DNA of 61,663 nucleotides, filler included. It is 6 parts of 6 records of this genome, joined end to end, with 100 filler letters (N's around TTAATTAATTAA, not from the genome) between each part and the next. Parts side by side here need not be neighbours in the genome. Positions count along the whole stretch, not along the records: positions 8,586 to 20,838 come from SRR20825010_5260; 5 more parts are not named here. One strand, 5' to 3'. Made by a program: the position numbers and the translations under genes. A model generated the notes under the pieces. That model made no database searches. It was not told where the DNA came from and worked only from the letters and a program-made list of their open reading frames with translations. The stretch's first letter is position 1. The number at the start of each line of letters is the position of its first letter. Below, piece after piece: positions 10,664 to 19,886 of this stretch.

Positions 10664-12253
10664 CTACAACCTAACCTTTAACCAACTTACCTTATCTGTT
10701 CTTACATTGTCTATATTGTAATAACCACCTTTATTATGTTTTTGTTCCAAGGATTGGCTAATTATAAGATGTGCTATATTTACCATATTTCTTAATTCAC
10801 AGAGGGTAGTGTTGATCTTTGCACTTTTGTAAAGTTCCTCGACCTCATTGTAAATTAAATCAAGATGCCGGGCAGCCTTCGTCAATCGACCGTTGCTACG
10901 CACAATTCCCACATAATCCCGCATTATGGCCTGCAACCGCTTTATATTGTGTTGAATTAGAATATATTCCTTGGGAATGCTTGTTCCTTCATAATTCCAA
11001 TCCGGAATATTCGTATAGTTCGGATTTGGCGGATTTGCAGTGTGGTATGCATAAATATTATGGGCGTAAACCAAAGCTTCCAATATGGAGTTGGATGCCA
11101 ATCTGTTGGCCCCATGTAATCCAGTTCTTGAACACTCACCACAGGCAAATAGGTTGGCAACCGAAGTTTGCCCGTTCTTGTCCACAACAATGCCACCACA
11201 TAGGTAATGTGAAGCTGGAACAACGGGAACCCAATCCTTTTCAACGTCGATATGATTAGATAAACATTCTTGATAAATATTTGGAAAATGATTTTTGAAG
11301 GCATTTATATCTAGGTGGGTGCAATCTAAAAAGACGTGGGTATCCCCTGATTTTTTCAACTCGGCGTCAATGCTTTGGGATACAATATCCCTCGAAGCCA
11401 ATTCAGCTCTATTATCATATATCGGCATAAACCTCTGTCCGTTTTTATCCCGTAAAATGGCACCAAAGCCCCTGACCGCTTCGGAAATCAGAAATGAGCG
11501 CCCATCTTTATTGTTATAAAGGGCGGTAGGATGAAATTGTACAAATTCCATATCCTTAATTTCTGCTTTTGCCCTATAAGCCATGGCTATGCCGTCTCCC
11601 GTTGCGATTGTTGGGTTCGTGGTATTGCCATATACGCGACCAATACCGCCCGTTGCCAATAAAGTAGTATCCGCTTTAATCGTAATTATATCTTCTTTCT
11701 TTTGATTCAGTACATAAGCGCCATAGCATGTTATATTTTTTGATTTCGTAATATTAAGGTGATGTTGCGTAATCAGGTCCAATGCAAAATGATGGGGCAA
11801 AACGGTAACATTCGACAGTTTATGAACTTGTTGCAATAATACGCGCTCTACTTCGAAACCGGTAATATCCTTATGGTGCACAACACGGTATTCTGAATGT
11901 CCACCTTCCAGTCCTAAATCCAGTTTGCCAGATTCATCAACATCAAAACTGGCACCCCAATGCATTAATTCCTTAAGCCGTTGTGGACCTTCCTTTATGA
12001 CCATTTCGACTACAGCCTCATCACACAAGCCGTCTCCGGCAACCAGGGTATCCTGTATGTGTTTCTTAAAAGAATCTTCCACTAAATCCAACACTACGGC
12101 AACTCCGCCCTGGGCATATTTGGTGTTGGACTCATGCTCATCCGCCTTGGTGACTATAATAACTGTCTTATTGGGAAATCTCTGGGCAATTTTTACGGCG
12201 TAAGTCAATCCTGCAACCCCGGAACCTATAATAAGATAATTTGTATATAACAT
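10664..12253 (-). CDS. nadB: L-aspartate oxidase
   Basis: IIGSGVAG, NTKYAQGG, EGGHS, QFHPT, LISEAVRG, ASRDIV, HYLCGG and GLHGANRLASNS. Start at MLYTNYL, 1 nt after the nadA stop. Confidence 0.96.
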   Translation of the reverse strand: MLYTNYLIIGSGVAGLTYAVKIAQRFPNKTVIIVTKADEHESNTKYAQGGVAVVLDLVEDSFKKHIQDTLVAGDGLCDEAVVEMVIKEGPQRLKELMHWGASFDVDESGKLDLGLEGGHSEYRVVHHKDITGFEVERVLLQQVHKLSNVTVLPHHFALDLITQHHLNITKSKNITCYGAYVLNQKKEDIITIKADTTLLATGGIGRVYGNTTNPTIATGDGIAMAYRAKAEIKDMEFVQFHPTALYNNKDGRSFLISEAVRGFGAILRDKNGQRFMPIYDNRAELASRDIVSQSIDAELKKSGDTHVFLDCTHLDINAFKNHFPNIYQECLSNHIDVEKDWVPVVPASHYLCGGIVVDKNGQTSVANLFACGECSRTGLHGANRLASNSILEALVYAHNIYAYHTANPPNPNYTNIPDWNYEGTSIPKEYILIQHNIKRLQAIMRDYVGIVRSNGRLTKAARHLDLIYNEVEELYKSAKINTTLCELRNMVNIAHLIISQSLEQKHNKGGYYNIDNVRTDKVSWLKVRL

Positions 12254-12254
12254 A

Positions 12255-13181
12255 TTAGTTCGATAATTCCAACATTCTTTGAATAGGCTGTAGTGCACGT
12301 AGCCTTATGTTATTTTGAACCTCTATTTGTGGTGTTTCATTTAAAAGACAATCATAAATTTTTTGAAGGGTATTTACTTTCATATAGGCACATTCACTAC
12401 AGGCACATGTATTTTCTTCCTCGGCAGGGGCCGGAATTAGAACTGTGGTGGGCACTTCTAGTTGCATTTTGTGCAATATACCTGCTTCCGTGGCAACAAT
12501 AAACTGTTCCTTGGAATGGGTTTTTACATAATTGATCATACCGGCAGTGGAGCCAATGTAGGTGGCAAGATCCAAGATGTGCTCTTCTGATTCGGGATGG
12601 GCTATTATTTTTGATTCGGGATAGGTCTTGTATAGTGCCAATAATTTATCTACGGAGAAGGCTTCGTGTACTACACAGGAACCATCCCATAGCAATAAAT
12701 CCCGTCCCGTTTTTTTACTTATGTAGCGACCCAAATTTTTGTCGGGCGCAAAAATAATCGGTCTGTCCTTAGGTACCGACTCAACTATTTTTAGGGCATT
12801 TGAGGAGGTACATACTATGTCGCTCATTGCTTTAATTTCCGACGAACAATTAATATAGGTAATAACCAAATGCTCGGGGTGTGCTTTTATGAATTTTGCA
12901 AATGCCTCTGGCGGACAGGAATCTGCCAACGAACAACCAGCATTTAAGTCGGGCAGCAGCACTTTTTTCGTCGGATTTAGGATTTTTGCCGTTTCTGCCA
13001 TAAAATGTACCCCGGCAAATACAATAATGGATGCATCGGTTTCAGCGGCCATTTGTGAAAGCCCCAAACTATCGCCAACGTAATCTGCGATTTCCTGTAT
13101 TTCATCGCGCTGGTAGTAATGCGCGAGAATTACGGCATTCTTTTCGTGCCTCAACTTGTTGATTCTCTCTTTTAAATCCAT
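12255..13181 (-). CDS. nadA: Quinolinate synthase
   Basis: [40 protein letters not shown] and CAYMK. Confidence 0.97.
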   Translation of the reverse strand: MDLKERINKLRHEKNAVILAHYYQRDEIQEIADYVGDSLGLSQMAAETDASIIVFAGVHFMAETAKILNPTKKVLLPDLNAGCSLADSCPPEAFAKFIKAHPEHLVITYINCSSEIKAMSDIVCTSSNALKIVESVPKDRPIIFAPDKNLGRYISKKTGRDLLLWDGSCVVHEAFSVDKLLALYKTYPESKIIAHPESEEHILDLATYIGSTAGMINYVKTHSKEQFIVATEAGILHKMQLEVPTTVLIPAPAEEENTCACSECAYMKVNTLQKIYDCLLNETPQIEVQNNIRLRALQPIQRMLELSN

Positions 13182-13186
13182 AAGAT

Positions 13187-13249
13187 CAAAGGTATTTTTG
13201 AATCGGAAAAGTTATGGGTTCCGCTAACTTTAAAAAATGATAAATGTCA
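13187..13249 (-). promoter_or_regulatory. nadA promoter: Bacteroidetes -7 element plus Crp/Fnr-like box
   Basis: Minus-strand TACCTTTG at 13187-13194 matches TAnnTTTG; TGATAAATGTCA at 13238-13249. Confidence 0.6.
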
Positions 13250-13250
13250 T

Positions 13251-13278
13251 GATAAAAAGATAAAAATATCTTTTTATC
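13251..13278. promoter_or_regulatory. Perfect inverted repeat, candidate repressor operator (Rrf2-like)
   Basis: GATAAAAAGATA-AAAA-TATCTTTTTATC (12-bp arms), next to the Fnr-like box upstream of nadA. Confidence 0.5.
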
Positions 13279-13471
13279 GTCTAATAGGTGCGGACTGAAA
13301 TTGTGGCCGGCTTTTGCCTAGTCCTAAAATGATACCGAAAGCTAGGTTTGAAGAATTTTGTTCCGGAATTATGCACCGCTGTATGCTTCGGAGGAATTCG
13401 ATGTCAATATTTTTTATTTTATATAAAAGTCTAGAGGCCTAATAGCTAGATTACCTTTTCATAGTGGGCAA

Positions 13472-14707
13472 TTAGGAACCGGAAGAATTTTTGTTTTTGT
13501 ATCTCAACTCTCCCAACTCAATACCTATTGCGGTTTTAGCAAGGATAGTGAATACAAATGCTCCCAATGCCCAAATTCCGATTGTAACCCCTATTTCTAT
13601 TTTAGTGGGTAGGTATTCTACTATTTTACCGTAAGGTCCTGGAATAAACCCAGGGACTATTAAGCCAAATCCTTTCTCGATCCATATGGCCACAAAGAGG
13701 ATAAAACAGCAGAAGTACAATACTTTTAGATTATTTCTAAATTTACCAAAGGTTAGGATTACAGTGGCCAAAATATTTAAAGGTATTGCGGTCCATATCC
13801 ATGGAAGCAAGGCGTTCTTGCCGTGTAATCCAAAGAATAGATAATAAGCACTTTCGCTATGATGGGTGGGTGCGTAGAATTCCTTGAACAATTCTGAGAC
13901 TAGCATTATTAAATTTATTTGAGCTGCTACGGTCACGATCATTGCAATTTTTTTGATGGTTTTATCTTCTATTTTAAACGCAGTAAAAGATCGGATAACG
14001 GCCAAGACCAAAATTATCAATGCCGGTCCAGCTGCAAAGGCCGATGCTAAGAAGCGAGGACCTAGCAGTGCATTATTCCAAAATGGTCGCGCTTGTAAAC
14101 CTTGGTATAGAAAAGCGGTCACAAGGTGAATGCCAACGGCCCAGAAAACAGACAAAACAGCCCCTGGGACGTATACTTTTTGCTTGGCTTCCTTACCTTG
14201 ATAATGTCTAAAGAGTATATAAAAGGGAATACTAATATTTATAAAAAGATACCCGTTTAAAACTATGACGTCCCATGTCAACATCGAATTGGGAAAATTA
14301 AAAACTCCTATTCCAGGAATCATATGCCAAAGTACAGATGGCCCGCCCATATCGGCCACCACAAAGGCCAAACACATTATTAAGGCAGCTACGGCCAATC
14401 CTTCGCCAATTAGGACGGCCTGTTTAAAGTCTATATCCTTAAGAACATAAGTTGGCATTACCAGCATAACCGCGGCTGCGGCAACTCCTACTAAAAAGGT
14501 GAAATTTGAAATATAAAGTCCCCAACTTACCCGGTCGGACATTCCTGTAACACTGAGTCCCTCATCCAATTGAATGGAATAGCAATACATGCCTATGAGC
14601 ATCACCAAGGTCAGAAATCCCATCCAAATATGATACTTCATAGATCCTTTGGTAATGGTATCCAGACTATCGATTACTAAACTCTTTAATACTTTTAGTT
14701 GTCCCAT
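13472..14707 (-). CDS. NrfD/PsrC-family integral membrane quinol-interacting subunit, DsrP-like
   Basis: TGMSDRVSWGLYISNFTFLVGVAAAAV, VVADMGGP, FPNSMLTWD and GPRFLASAF; about 10 TM helices. Confidence 0.88.
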   Translation of the reverse strand: MGQLKVLKSLVIDSLDTITKGSMKYHIWMGFLTLVMLIGMYCYSIQLDEGLSVTGMSDRVSWGLYISNFTFLVGVAAAAVMLVMPTYVLKDIDFKQAVLIGEGLAVAALIMCLAFVVADMGGPSVLWHMIPGIGVFNFPNSMLTWDVIVLNGYLFINISIPFYILFRHYQGKEAKQKVYVPGAVLSVFWAVGIHLVTAFLYQGLQARPFWNNALLGPRFLASAFAAGPALIILVLAVIRSFTAFKIEDKTIKKIAMIVTVAAQINLIMLVSELFKEFYAPTHHSESAYYLFFGLHGKNALLPWIWTAIPLNILATVILTFGKFRNNLKVLYFCCFILFVAIWIEKGFGLIVPGFIPGPYGKIVEYLPTKIEIGVTIGIWALGAFVFTILAKTAIGIELGELRYKNKNSSGS

Positions 14708-14804
14708 TATATATTATATATTGATTTGAAAATCAATCTCAGAGGCCGTAATCATTATACTCAGCGTTCTGTTTACAATTTTCCTATTGCTACCCTTTTG
14801 GTGG

Positions 14805-15926
14805 TTAATCCATAAAGTACCAGAACTTGGGTTCTGTTCCTAAATCTTCCTTCAGCCTAAAGACTTTTTTGTTTTCCAATACCCATCTGATGGTACTGTT
14901 AGGGTCTAAGAGGTTGCCAAAAATTCTTGCTCCCGTTGGGCAAGCTTCAGCACAGGCCGGATTCTTTCCTTTCCTAGTACGTTGCACACAAAAAGTGCAC
15001 TTTTCCATTACTCCTTTTTTACGCATTCTATTCCCTAGATAGTGCTGATTTTTATTAATTTCATTTTCTGGAACTTCAGGTTTGCTCCAGTTAAACCTTC
15101 TGCCGTCATAAGGACAGGCGGCCATGCAATAGCGGCACCCTACACACCAATCATAATCTATGACTACCAGACCATCTTCTTCTTTCCAAGTAGCTTGCAC
15201 AGGGCATACTTCCACACAAGGTGGATTGTCGCAATGAAAGCATTGGGTACCCATATAAAAATGACCTTCTGCAGGAACTTCGTGATAGTAATTGTCATCT
15301 GCCTTATCAAACTTAAATCCTTCCCCATCTTTCATTTCGTGGATACGGATGTACTGCATTTGTGAATTTCTATCTTGATTGTTCTCCTCCACGCAGGCAG
15401 TTACACAGTTCATATACCCCTGACATTTCGAAATATTAAAAGCATATCCAAAGAGAACGTCTTCTGCGGCATTTTCTGCCGTCATACTAATATTCTTGCC
15501 GGTACGTAATTCATACGATCGCATAAGTCTATTAATTGTACTTTGCTTCTCGTTATCGGTCATTAGCTTATAGTTTCCCTTAAACTGTTCTTCCCAATCA
15601 ATTTGTGCTTTTTCTTTAGTTTCATCGTCAACTATAACACTACAAGAGGTGCTAACTGCTCCGGCTCCTATAAGTAGGCTAGCTGTTAATTTTCTAAAGG
15701 CAGTCCTTCTGTCCATCTTTACATCAAAAACCTGCTCAAAACCATCTCTATGTCTTTCCTCGCCTATTGAAGCATTGATGGCAGCCTCATAAAATTCATC
15801 GGCGCTGAGTTCTTCTTTCTGGCTATTGCAACTACCTTGGGCCTTACCACATCCACAAGATCCGGAAGACTCTTTTTTCTTATTTGAACCTAGATCCAGG
15901 GAATACCATTTTTTACTAACACTCAT
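14805..15926 (-). CDS. Four-cluster ferredoxin-type Fe-S protein, NrfC/DsrO-like, with an internal twin-arginine motif
   Basis: CQGYMNCVTAC, CFHCDNPPCVEVCP, CVGCRYCMAACP and KCTFC...PACAEACP; MDRRTAF followed by a hydrophobic stretch. Confidence 0.9.
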   Translation of the reverse strand: MSVSKKWYSLDLGSNKKKESSGSCGCGKAQGSCNSQKEELSADEFYEAAINASIGEERHRDGFEQVFDVKMDRRTAFRKLTASLLIGAGAVSTSCSVIVDDETKEKAQIDWEEQFKGNYKLMTDNEKQSTINRLMRSYELRTGKNISMTAENAAEDVLFGYAFNISKCQGYMNCVTACVEENNQDRNSQMQYIRIHEMKDGEGFKFDKADDNYYHEVPAEGHFYMGTQCFHCDNPPCVEVCPVQATWKEEDGLVVIDYDWCVGCRYCMAACPYDGRRFNWSKPEVPENEINKNQHYLGNRMRKKGVMEKCTFCVQRTRKGKNPACAEACPTGARIFGNLLDPNSTIRWVLENKKVFRLKEDLGTEPKFWYFMD

Positions 15927-15936
15927 ACCTTTGTTT

Positions 15937-16566
15937 TTAATGATCTAAACCTTCTTTTCGTTCTTCCAATGTTTGGGTATTAAATTGTACCGGCCACCTT
16001 TTTTCAAAACCGGGACTGTGCGGATTATGACAATTTACGCAGGTCATTGAAGCTCGTGGCGGTGCCCATCCAGCAACTTTTTTACCGTGGGCACCTCCTT
16101 TCCAATCTTCGAACTGACTAAAGTGGCATTGTGCACAAAGTTTATAGCTAAGGTTGAAATCTATGTTTTGGCCAGTTAGGGCATTTAGATTGTTCATATC
16201 ATTTCCGTTATGGCAGGTAGCACAATTCATTACCTCACTATTTGCGTGATTCAATTTAATGTCCCAGTGGGCTTTTTGAGCATCGGAGTTCTTCATTTGT
16301 GCAACAGGTCTTGTATGACACTCCGTACATGCAAATGATTTTATTTGTCCTTTTCTTTCCGGTATCAGGAATGTATGTTCTCCTTCGGTAATTGTAATTA
16401 ATTCAGAATCGACCAATAATGGGTCTGAGCTAAGCTTTCCGTGGTAAGGTTTGCCCTCTGCTTCAATCTTATCTGAAATGGAATGATATTCCCCTTCTTC
16501 TTTGCAAGAGTAGAACCCCAGAATGAATAGGACTATAAAATAATATGTAAGGGTTTTATTCTTCAT
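15937..16566 (-). CDS. Tetraheme cytochrome c, predicted lipoprotein
   Basis: Four CXXCH motifs (CTECH, CATCH, CAQCH, CVNCH); signal peptide ends in the lipobox-like GFYS-C. Confidence 0.85.
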   Translation of the reverse strand: MKNKTLTYYFIVLFILGFYSCKEEGEYHSISDKIEAEGKPYHGKLSSDPLLVDSELITITEGEHTFLIPERKGQIKSFACTECHTRPVAQMKNSDAQKAHWDIKLNHANSEVMNCATCHNGNDMNNLNALTGQNIDFNLSYKLCAQCHFSQFEDWKGGAHGKKVAGWAPPRASMTCVNCHNPHSPGFEKRWPVQFNTQTLEERKEGLDH

Positions 16567-17272
16567 ATGAACTATTAAATTGTCTTAGGAAGGTGCTGGC
16601 ATCCATTTGGAGTTTCTCATTTTTTATGGGTAAATGGCATTGTCTACAATTAATGCGCTCCGGATGTGAGACTCTAATTTCTTTAGGAGCGCTTGGTCCG
16701 GAATGACAGGAAATGCAGTTTTCCCTCATCTGTAATTGGTGGGGGATCATAGGAGGACTTCCCGGCATGGCGTTATTTGCACCAACCCCTACTTTTGGAG
16801 GTTGTACTTTGGCGAAAGCAAATTCCTTAAACGTGTTATTGGAGTTTATGGCAACATGGCATTGCCGACAATTTATCATCTCAGGATGCGGGGTTACAGG
16901 GGCGTATGCATTGAATTTTTCTACAAATCCGCCATTCTGGTGACATTGCAAGCAGGTGTTACCTCCCAAGCTTCGATCCTTCGCTACCGGATGTGGAATA
17001 CTTGGTGGAGCTCCGGGATAAGCCCTGTTGTCATAGTAACTTTCAAGTGTACGTTGATGGTTCTGGTCTATTGGCATATTTGAGTAATCCATGCCTTTAT
17101 TGTCGAACCTCTTAAAAACATTACTTTCCGAAGGAATAAAATTTCCAGTGGGAGTATCAATAGTAGGGATGTCTGCTTCTTCCAATCCTTCTTGGTAACT
17201 ATAGTTCCAAGTGATTATAAACGCTATGAAGATGATTACAAAAAATGATATGATTCCCAGTCTCTTTTTCAT
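16556..17272 (-). CDS. Membrane-anchored tetraheme cytochrome c made of two NapB-like diheme units
   Basis: N-terminal TM helix; the unit PP(S/M)IPH...CXXCH...HPE(M/R)INCRQCH occurs twice; directly downstream of napA. Confidence 0.8.
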   Translation of the reverse strand: MKKRLGIISFFVIIFIAFIITWNYSYQEGLEEADIPTIDTPTGNFIPSESNVFKRFDNKGMDYSNMPIDQNHQRTLESYYDNRAYPGAPPSIPHPVAKDRSLGGNTCLQCHQNGGFVEKFNAYAPVTPHPEMINCRQCHVAINSNNTFKEFAFAKVQPPKVGVGANNAMPGSPPMIPHQLQMRENCISCHSGPSAPKEIRVSHPERINCRQCHLPIKNEKLQMDASTFLRQFNSSYEE

Positions 17273-17275
17273 ATT

Positions 17276-19603
17276 TTATGCTTTTTCAACTTTAACAGCG
17301 CATTTCTTGTAATCAGGTTCTTTGGAAATGGGACAGAAAGCATCAAGAGTCACATCGTTAATAAGCATATTTTCGTCAAAGAACGGAACAAATACCTGTC
17401 CTTTGGTGGGCAGTCCTCTTTCGTTAATAGAAGCGGGTAATTTACAAGAGCCCCTACGGGAGGTTATTTTGATATTTTCGCCATTTCTTATGCCTAATGA
17501 CTTGGCATCATCCGGATGAAACTCCACATAGGCATGGGGCATGGCTTGATGTAATACGGGGATTCTGCGGGTCATGGAACCGGTATGCCAGTGTTCAATT
17601 ACACGTCCTGTATTCAACCAGAAGGGATATTCTTGATCTGGTTTTTCCGGAGCTTCTTCAAAAGGTCGTTGCCATATCACAGCTTTTCCATCTGGTTTTC
17701 CATAAAAATGAAAGTCTTTGCCATTGGAACAGGCAGGATCATATTTCGCGTTAAATCGCCATTGGGTCGATTTTCCGTTTACATAGGGCCAAATGGCGCC
17801 AGATTCTTTTTTCAGAACTTCCAATGGTGCCATACCGTGTTTGGCACCTTCATGGAACTGTCTGTATTCGTTGTATATTTCCTCTACGTGATTTTCTTTA
17901 CTATATGGAAACAGATTTCCATATCCCATTCGTTTTGCTACTTCGATAAACATCCAGGCATCTGCTGTAGACTCACCAGGACCTTCCACCATTTTGTCCC
18001 AATGTTGGGTTCTTCTTTCAGAGTTGCCATAAAGTCCACTTTTCTCGATATGCCAGGACGCAGGAAGAATAACATCTGCGACATCCGAGGTAGGCGTTGG
18101 AAACACATCTGAAACAACAATAAAACAAGAATCCTTTTCCATTCCTGGTCTGTAACGGCTCGTTTTTGGTAGTGAAACCAACGGATTAGTGGCTTGGATC
18201 CATATAAACTTGATATCCCCTCTGTCTACGGCCCTAAACATTTCAGTTGCGTGATAGGTGGGTTTGGGTGGAATATTTTCAACAGGGACCTTCCAAATTC
18301 TTGCAGCCATTTCCCTATCTTCCTTATTGGTTACAACACCGTGAGGTAATTTATGGGTAAAAGTGCCCACCTCGCGGGCAGTACCACAAGCGGAAGGTTG
18401 CCCAGTTAGGGAAAATGGGCCATTCCCCGGTTGGGAAATTTTTCCTGTTAGTAAATGTATATTGTATACTAAATTATTTATCCAAGTTCCGCGCGTATGT
18501 TGATTCATTCCCATACACCAATAGGAAACTACCTTTTTATTTGGATCACCATAAATAGAGGCTAAATATTTAATGTCCTTCACGGAGACTTTAGAATATT
18601 TTGAAACCTTTTCCGGACTGTAATCTTTCAGAAACTCCTTATAGGCATCAAAGTCTATTTTTTCTGGCTTATCCGTAAATTCATAATGGTCTTCCAGGCC
18701 GTATCCCATATTGGTGAGCCCTTTGCTAAAACTACAGTGATTTTCAACAAAGGATTTGTTTACCCAGCCATTCTTGATAATCTCATAACAAATGGCATTG
18801 GCAACTGCTAGATCGGTTTGGGGCTCAAATAGAATGGACTTGTCCGATGCCGTACTGGAGCGTGTTGTTCTTGTGGCAAAATCAATAATTTTGGCACCGC
18901 GTTGTGATTTCTGCTCCAGCATTCTCGAGAATAATACAGGGTGCATTTCGGCCATATTATTACCCCAAGTTACAAAGTAATCTGCATGATCAATATCTTC
19001 ATAGCAACCCATTGGTTCATCTGCACCAAAGCTGGTCAGGAAGCCTGTTACGGCACTTGCCATACATAGGCGCGCATTGCAATCCAGATTATTGGTGCCT
19101 ATGGCTCCTTTCATTAGTTTTGAAGCTATATAACCTTCTGGAATTGTGGATTGTCCGGAGGTGTACATAGCGACCGAATCCTTACCATGCTTTTCAATAG
19201 TTCCTTTCATTTTAGAAGCCACAAGGTCCAAAGCCTCGTTGATAGGGGTCTGAACATACTTGCCATTTTTCTTGACCAACGCATGTGTAAGTCTATCCTT
19301 GGATTGTATGCACATAATCTGGTGATACCCCTTTACACAAAGTAATCCTTTATTGACCGATGAGTTGGGATCTCCTTTTACTGCAACAGCCCTTCCGTTT
19401 TCAGTGCCCACAAGTATTCCGCATCCCACGCCACAGAATCTACAAGGGCCTTTTTTCCAATCCAGGTTGGCACCTTCAGGAATTCCTTTTTCCTGTTCAC
19501 TTGCAAATATAATTCCGGGAAACATGGATGCAGCGGCGGTCATGGCTGATAACATGGCCATTTTCTTAATAAAATTTCTTCTATTTGTTGCAGACTTGTA
19601 CAT
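17276..19603 (-). CDS. napA: Periplasmic nitrate reductase catalytic subunit
   Basis: Tat signal TNRRNFIKK; CRFCGVGC...LCVKGY; NARLCMASA (Mo-ligating Cys); SLTGQPSACGTAREVG; TGRVIEHWHTGSMTRR; CPISKEPDYKKCAV. Confidence 0.93.
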   Translation of the reverse strand: MYKSATNRRNFIKKMAMLSAMTAAASMFPGIIFASEQEKGIPEGANLDWKKGPCRFCGVGCGILVGTENGRAVAVKGDPNSSVNKGLLCVKGYHQIMCIQSKDRLTHALVKKNGKYVQTPINEALDLVASKMKGTIEKHGKDSVAMYTSGQSTIPEGYIASKLMKGAIGTNNLDCNARLCMASAVTGFLTSFGADEPMGCYEDIDHADYFVTWGNNMAEMHPVLFSRMLEQKSQRGAKIIDFATRTTRSSTASDKSILFEPQTDLAVANAICYEIIKNGWVNKSFVENHCSFSKGLTNMGYGLEDHYEFTDKPEKIDFDAYKEFLKDYSPEKVSKYSKVSVKDIKYLASIYGDPNKKVVSYWCMGMNQHTRGTWINNLVYNIHLLTGKISQPGNGPFSLTGQPSACGTAREVGTFTHKLPHGVVTNKEDREMAARIWKVPVENIPPKPTYHATEMFRAVDRGDIKFIWIQATNPLVSLPKTSRYRPGMEKDSCFIVVSDVFPTPTSDVADVILPASWHIEKSGLYGNSERRTQHWDKMVEGPGESTADAWMFIEVAKRMGYGNLFPYSKENHVEEIYNEYRQFHEGAKHGMAPLEVLKKESGAIWPYVNGKSTQWRFNAKYDPACSNGKDFHFYGKPDGKAVIWQRPFEEAPEKPDQEYPFWLNTGRVIEHWHTGSMTRRIPVLHQAMPHAYVEFHPDDAKSLGIRNGENIKITSRRGSCKLPASINERGLPTKGQVFVPFFDENMLINDVTLDAFCPISKEPDYKKCAVKVEKA

Positions 19604-19610
19604 AGTTATA

Positions 19611-19847
19611 TTAATTAGGCGGTGTATTAAAACCGGAGACTAGGGATAACATTTTGAGACTGTCTATGGCTTCAATTTTTTCTTTAAGAATTTCTTCCTC
19701 CATTTCGTTGGTCGTTTCGGTTACCAAGGCAAGGACATCTTGATTCTGGGCCGGGACGACCTCACATTGATGAAGACTTCTCAATGCCTTTATCAACTCT
19801 TCTTTTTTTCCCGTGATGGGAAGTGCTAGGTAACTTTTAATCGGCAT
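19611..19847 (-). CDS. napD: Small NapD-like chaperone
   Basis: 78 aa with a ferredoxin-like beta/alpha pattern, immediately upstream of napA. The call rests mainly on position and size. Confidence 0.6.
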   Translation of the reverse strand: MPIKSYLALPITGKKEELIKALRSLHQCEVVPAQNQDVLALVTETTNEMEEEILKEKIEAIDSLKMLSLVSGFNTPPN

Positions 19848-19886
19848 TGAAATGAATTATTAATAATTTGAATACGTCTTCTTTGG

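Noticed and set aside
13472-15926. DsrO/DsrP-like pair as evidence of dissimilatory sulfur metabolism
   Set aside because: No dsrAB, dsrC, dsrM or dsrK is present; the pair sits inside the nap operon.
17276-19603. Molybdoenzyme as formate dehydrogenase or assimilatory nitrate reductase
   Set aside because: The Tat signal, LCMASA and GQPSACGTAREVG motifs and the adjacent c-type cytochromes fit NapA.
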